A stretch of 64,000 nucleotides of DNA from the human T2T-CHM13v2.0 reference genome, Homo sapiens: assembly GCF_009914755.1 (NCBI RefSeq), contig NC_060942.1; one strand, 5' to 3'. The notes under the pieces are model-generated. The model was not told the origin of the DNA. It made no database searches and saw only the letters and a list, made by a program, of their open reading frames with translations. How positions within the stretch are numbered: the stretch's first letter is position 1; every line of letters begins with the position of its first letter. The translations under genes and the position numbers were made by a program. This document shows positions 57,595-64,000 of the stretch, piece by piece.

Positions 57595-58830
57595 TTTGTC
57601 TTTTAATTAAAAGTCGGGTTTATTGTGGTATGATTTATATACAGAAGAAATTATCCTTTTTAGTTGTATAGTTTCATGAATTTTGACTAACGTATATAGT
57701 CATACACATTCACCATAATCCAGACATAGAATATTTTTTTATCATCCCTGGAAGTTCCTTTACACCCTTTTTAAACGGTAACCTATCCTCACCTCCAGCC
57801 CTCGGCAACCAGTGGTCTGATTTCTCTCTCTGTGGCTTTGCCTTTATCTGAATGTCACACAGGGACACAAAGAGGGGAACAACAGACACTGGAGCCTACT
57901 TGAGGGTGGAAGGTAGGAGGAGGGAGAGGATCAGAAAAAACAACTGTTGGGTACTAGGCTTTGTACCTAAGTACTAATAATCTGTACCACAAGCCCCGTG
58001 ACATGAGTTCACCTATATAACAAAACTGCACGTGCCTCTGAACATAAAAGTTTAAAGAACAAAACTAAAAAATTTAAAAAAATAAAATCGTTACTCATTA
58101 AAAAAAAAGTGAAATCCTATAGTATGTAGCTTTTCATCCAGCTTTTTTCCCCTTAGCATAAATGGTTTTGAGAGTCATCCATGCTGTTGTGTGTATCAGC
58201 TGCTTGTTCATTTTTATTGCTGAGTAGCACTCCATTACATAGCTGGTATATCTGCTCCCCATTGACATTTGACTTGTTTCCTGTTTTTAGCTATTATAAA
58301 CAAAAATACTGTGAGCATTTGTGTACAGGTCTATGATCGGACATATATTTTCATGTGTCTTGGCTAAATGGTAGGGATAACATTATGATTAGTATGACAA
58401 CAGTTTGTTTAACTTTATACAAAATTGTCAACATATTTTCCAAGTTCCTTCACCATTTTTCATCTCTGTGAGCAATGTGTGAAAGTTTTATTTGTTCCAT
58501 ATTCTTGCCTGTCAGTCAGATTTAGGAGTTTTAGCCATTCCAATAGGTGTGTAGTACCATCTCATTGTGGTTTTAATTTGTACTTTCCCAATAACTAATG
58601 ATATTGAACATCCTTTTTTTGTGTGTTTATATGTCATCTGTATCTGTTCTTTGTTTAAATATTCTGTCTATTTCTTTTGGGTTGTTTTCTTATTAATAAC
58701 TTCTGAGGGTTTTTATACATTTAGATATAACTTCTTTATTATATGTATGTTTTGCAAATATTTTATCACATTCTGTGGCTTATATTTCTATTTCTATAAT
58801 TGTATCGTTCAAAGTGCAGGAGTTGCAAAT
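57595..58830 (-). mobile_element. Old L1M fragment containing a + strand L1PA/PB 3' end (~57856-58090)
   Basis: Reverse L1 ORF2/3'UTR motifs (CATTGTGGTTTTAATTTG); the insert has AGAGGGGAACAACAGACACTGG...GGATCAGAAAAA. Confidence 0.75.
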
Positions 58831-60414
58831 TTTTTTCAATATACTTCTGATTTTGGAGAACATTCGGATTTACAGAAAAGTTACAGAGAGTTCCTCACCC
58901 AGTTTTTACCTGTTGTTAGAACTTTATATTGTCAGGGGACATTTGTTAAACTAGGCAACCAACGCTGGCACATTATTGTTAACTAAAGTTCAGGCTTTGT
59001 TTGGAGTACCTCAATAACTTTATTTAACGTTTGTTGTTTACACAATACACTGGTAACAAAGACTCTTAGAACTTACTTGTCTGAAAGTGCTTTATTTTAC
59101 CTTTAATTCAGAAATTTATTTTCTATCTCAATATAAAATTATTGGTTAACTATTTCTTTCGGATATTGTTCCATTGTCTTCTAGCTGGCAAAGTTTCTAA
59201 AAATAAGTTTCTGATAATTCTTTTATTTCTTCCTTTAGGTGATGTAACCTTTTTTCCCCTATTTTTTCACACTGTATCTTACAAGAATTTCTCTTTATTA
59301 TGCCAGTAGGGGCAGGAGCTGCTGCTAGGGAGGTTTCACCAGCTCCAATTGTGTAGATGCCCCAGATTGTGGGGTTGGCCAGTGTCTTGATAAATGAGAT
59401 AAAGGGCGGGGGCTGGCAATATTAATCTGTTTACTTCTGTTTTAGAAAAGTGAAGAGTGACTCTGGGATTGCTCAGATGTGGATAATAAATAATTTGTTT
59501 CCTGTATTGTTTTTGTCAGTTCTCTAGGTTTCACTTTTAATCTGAGAAAATTTTGTCTTTATGAGGATTGCTAAAGAATCTAAGTTCAAATAAACATTGT
59601 ACTTTTTCACCTTAAGCTATTCTGTGCTTTTCTACACATTTGATTTTTACTGAGCTGTTGTTCATCAAGGAAAGGAAAACTTATTTAGCTGATGCATGAC
59701 ATTCACCACTAAAATTTTGTTTTCATAATAAAATAATCATTAAGTTTAATTTACCAGTTTTATTTGTCAAAATCTCTTTGTTAATTTGTAAGTCTGATGT
59801 TTGAATTGCAATGTTAAAGCCATTTAAATATTGATGAGCTTTACTTTATTCATGTTTTCTTTTAAAGCTCATTTTTTGGGTATATTTTGGAGATTCTTAT
59901 TGGTTTCTTCTTTAGTGAGCATTTCTTAAGTTCATTAATATTTACTTTAAAATAGATTTTTCATGATTGCTTTTTATTATCCTAGGACAGTAACATAATT
60001 ATCTCTGTAAGATCATCTCAGTATGTCAGTGGGTGACTTCAAAAACTATTTATAAATTATGATCATAGAGGTTCATTCAATATAGAGCATTAGAAAGGCT
60101 CAAGAAATTTAGGAAAATACTGTATGTAGAGCTTTAACTCACCATAATTTTGGTATAATGTGGAAATAATAATAACATATATCTATAATAGCTAAAATAA
60201 ATAATTCATTTACTATATATTTACCCATTCACTAATTCTTACCCATATCATAACACTCACGATGATAAGAAATAAGAAGACATGTATTAAAAAATTATTC
60301 TATCCTCAAAGGGCTTATAGTTTTGACTATGAGATTAAAAAATTATGGTCAATAAGTATTATCATGAAATCAAAAGTGATGAGTTGCATCAGAGACTCAC
60401 ATAGATTTTATATA

Positions 60415-60793
60415 TGTCAGGAAAGGTTAGCTTGTGCTAAGATAACAAACAGCCCCCAAGTCATAATGGCCTGTAATGGCATGTGTTTATTTTTCATGCA
60501 TATTATGTGCCTGTTCTGGGGCCACTGGAGGCTCTGCTCTGTGTCTCTTTACACTTGCACCCAGCCTAAGGGAGACTCCACCACCTGGAATGTTACTGTT
60601 GTGTGCCAGAGGAAACAGCAGGGATAGGGGAAACATGAAAATCCACTGGCTTTTCTAGTCTTCTCTCCACATGCTATTGGTTTAAGACAAGTCAAGTGGG
60701 TTACTGATTTTAAGGGCATAAGCAAGTTCTACCTACCATGTTCTTGGAAGCAGGAAAACCAGAATATATGTGAGCATCTTTAATGACTACAAC
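60415..60793. mobile_element. Old ERVL/MaLR LTR relic
   Basis: TGTCAGGAAAGGTTAG...TAACAAACAGCCCCCAA...TAATGACTACAACA. Confidence 0.55.
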
Positions 60794-62509
60794 ATTATAG
60801 AAGTTTAAAGCAGGAGAGATTGTATCCTGATGGAAATGACAAGAAAAGCTTCAGGGGGAAGGTGACATTTAAGTTGGAATATTATTGAGGAGTATCATTT
60901 TAGCATCTGGGATTGAGGTAGCTTTGTGAAAATCATGTATCTTGTAAAACTAACTAAATTTTGAAAACAAATGTTACTTGAATATAGTTGACTCTTTTTA
61001 TGAACCTGTCTCAGCATGATATTACCATTCAAAGAATCATTAGTCCTACATGGAAAAAATATTAAAGACTTTTGTGTGGTGCAAGTATGGGAGATTCTTT
61101 TCAGAGAACACATTTTAAAAACTTAGCAATTTTTCTTGTTTTCTCTCTCTCACTCAAAAAGCACAGAACCTGCCTCCAGAAGGTCATTTGCCCGCTCTTT
61201 CGGCTGACTCCACGCTGCATCAGGGTGATTCCACATTGTGTTGATTACTCCGCACCTCCCCTCCTCTTTCAGGATTCCAATCTGTTTTCCTGAGCCTGTC
61301 TCCCTATTTCAGCGTAAATAAGTCAAGCCTTTCTGGATCTTTTTCAATTCTCCTGGCTATTGGTTTTGTAGATAGTCTCACCAAAACATGCCAAGCCCGG
61401 TAGTTCTCAAACAAACACTCCTTTCTTTTGGAAGGTGGGGAGGGGACAAGGACGCGAACACACCTATATTGATATCTTGATGTGTTTTACACAATGTCAT
61501 GTGTGTGACTGTGCTGTTTTCACAGAAATATGCCTCCTAAGGCTGGATAGAATCTTAGGTTATCAGCTGGTCCTGCTCTTTGCTTTCAAATCATTGAGGC
61601 ATTATCACTGTCACATTACTGTGAGACCTGAAGAGGTGGTTTGATAGGCTAAGGGTCATGGATTTATGTAATGAATCATGGATAAACTCCCAGTCACTGA
61701 CATCCTGACGTTTTTACCACACTGCACTATCTGAAATTTTACGCTTTCTGTTTTTTCAGATTGTCATTCTTCAATAATTAAATTTCAATATACATCAATT
61801 AATATCTAACTAGCAAACAGCCTGCCAAATTCTGAATCTCTTACTTAAGAGCTAGGGATGAAAAGAGCTGATTTCTATATGGTCATGGTCCCGACCTTCA
61901 AGGCATTCACAGTCTAGCGAAGAGGCAAATCTTCACTCCTGTTCTCACACGATTTAGTGAACAGATGATTAGAAGAATAAAGAAAATGGAACAGGAAAAC
62001 CAAGGACAAGATTCTATCTGAACATGGAGCAATAATAGTCATAAAGGTGGTCTGTCACATTTCTGATATATACAAATAGAGCCCTTGGAGTAGCAATTGG
62101 AAGGTCCACTTTCAAGTCATGGTAATGCCACTGTCTCAGCAATGGCACTCTATTTTGTAATCTTAAGCATATCTCATTATTTTTCCATTGTTTAGTTTCT
62201 TCATCAGTAAAATGGGAGAGTGTGAAGGTCCTTCCTGAAAGGCCTTCTGTGACATTTTAAATAAAAAGCAATCTATGAGTTTGAATTTGAGATTCTGAGA
62301 GATAAGATTGATTTCAGTGACACCCCACAGTTTGTTGACAGCCAGACTAAGAAGTCTTCTCTTTACTCAGGTGCTGCTTCTGAAAAATAATATGATTTTA
62401 TTAATCAAAAAAGGGCTTTATGAAAGCATGTACTCAAAAACTCTATTAACTGAGTTTAGGATAATTTTTCTTTCTGAAAATACTGCAAATGCATTCTTTA
62501 AAAAATATA

Positions 62510-62925
62510 ATAGCTAATGTAGTCAGGCAAAAAAGAAATAAAAGGCATTCAAATTGGAAAAAGATAAACAAAAATGGCTCTGATATGATAGACACTGCAG
62601 AAAAGCCAAAACATGTCCGATAAAAGCTCTGGATCAATAAATGAGCTTAGCAAGATCACACGATACATGGTTAATATAAGAATGTCAACTGTATTTCTAT
62701 ATGCTAGCAATGAATAAGTAGAATTTCAAATGTTAAGAAATGCATTTAACAACAGCACAAAAATAGTAATGAATCCAGCAAAATACATGTGTAACCTATA
62801 TGTTGACATACTGCAATGTGCTGATAAAGGAAATCAAACAAGGCTAAAGAAATGGAGAGATAAGCTGTGTTCATGAATTGAAAGACTCAATATTGTTAAG
62901 ATGTCAATTCTTAACAAAACTGACA
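62510..62925 (+). mobile_element. Old L1M ORF2 fragment
   Basis: AAAGAAATAAAAGGCATTCAAATTGGAAA...AGACTCAATATTGTTAAGATGTCAATTC. Confidence 0.8.
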
Positions 62926-63859
62926 AGCGATATTGATAGAAAAACTGGTGAAATCTGAATAAAGTCCCTTGTTTAGTTACAAAGAGAGCAAAACAAAAAT
63001 TGGCTCATTTCTTCTAGTTAGAGAAAGTGTACATAATATCAGAATACACATCAATAATAAGTAAACTGCATGATATTTGCTTCAATTATTTAATTGATAG
63101 AATAAATTATATAAAGTAAATAGAGATATGTTGTGCTGTGCTTTGTCCCTGATACAGATTCAGCATTCCCATCAAGGCAAATTAATTTCTTGAAGAATCA
63201 CAGTTAAATTTACTTGTATGAAGCACTAAGTATGCCCAAATTACAAATAAAATACTGAAAACTTATGTAAAAGATGGCATTTTACACCAATAAATAATTG
63301 TTGATCTGCAATTCATGTTAAAATGCAATGGTCAAAATATTTAACCTCAGGTACAGTACAATTTGGTGGTTTCATTTTTCCCTTAAGTAATGCATTTAAT
63401 TGCTCATGGTATATGAAATATTTGTGCAATCAGAAAAAATCAAATAAAAAACAGGACTTCAAAGGACTTAGTTTTCTAATAAAGCAACAAACATAAAAGG
63501 TATGGTGTTTCCCTACTGGGTGTTAGAAGCAATGCTTGGCACCTATAGGAGATTAAAAAGTGAGGAGGGTAATTTACAGTCCATTGCCCCCTTCCCCAAA
63601 TCAAATAGTTATATTTCATATTCTTGCTGAAGGAATAAAGCACGTATATATGAACAAGTAGGAAATGGTCATAAAAACAGATACTAAATACGGTTTCCAC
63701 TGTACAGATACTTTCTGATAATGATAATACCTACCTTGAGAGTTAATCATGAAAGTTAATTAAATGACATTTATATTAAATCACTACATAAATTGCTATG
63801 AGTGTTGCAAATGTTATGTTATTTCATTATTATTAGGAATATTATTATATGAGGGAGTA

Positions 63860-64000
63860 GCATAATGGAGAAAGAGCATGGACTTTGATGTTACACACAC
63901 TTGGCAAAGTTTGGCTCTAATGCATGCTAGATGGGTGATTAAAGTTACTTTATTTCTTTGAGCCTCAATTTCCCCCTATGTGAAATGGAATAACTTTTTA
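63860..64000 (+). mobile_element. MIR
   Basis: GAAAGAGCATGGACTTTG...GAGCCTCAATTTCCCC. Confidence 0.7.

Noticed and set aside
59302-59316. CTCF-like CCAGTAGGGGCAG
   Set aside because: One base short of the consensus core spacing; insufficient support.

Overview
Primate (human-like) AT-rich, non-coding genomic DNA, intergenic or deep intronic. It is dense in Alu, L1, L2, MIR, MaLR/ERV LTRs and DNA-transposon relics. I find no credible intact protein-coding gene; nearly all listed ORFs are repeat-derived or chance. Three cellular RNAs appear retrocopied here: a full-length disabled RPS3A mRNA (16-bp TSD), a U4 snRNA, and a 1.46-kb non-coding mRNA 3'-end (3'UTR-only) on the minus strand bounded by a perfect 17-bp TSD. 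The most unusual signal is a series of short-range, non-adjacent local copies of flanking DNA (about 40-220 bp). Two of them are pasted into transposons with fold-back (hairpin) junctions, resembling fossil template-switching repair scars. Other items of note are an LTR12 solo LTR with six CCAAT boxes inside an Alu, an LTR8 with a 134-bp internal tandem duplication, a candidate 156-nt exon and a long predicted hairpin. Repeat family names come from recalled consensus sequences, not a database search, and old-repeat boundaries are approximate.
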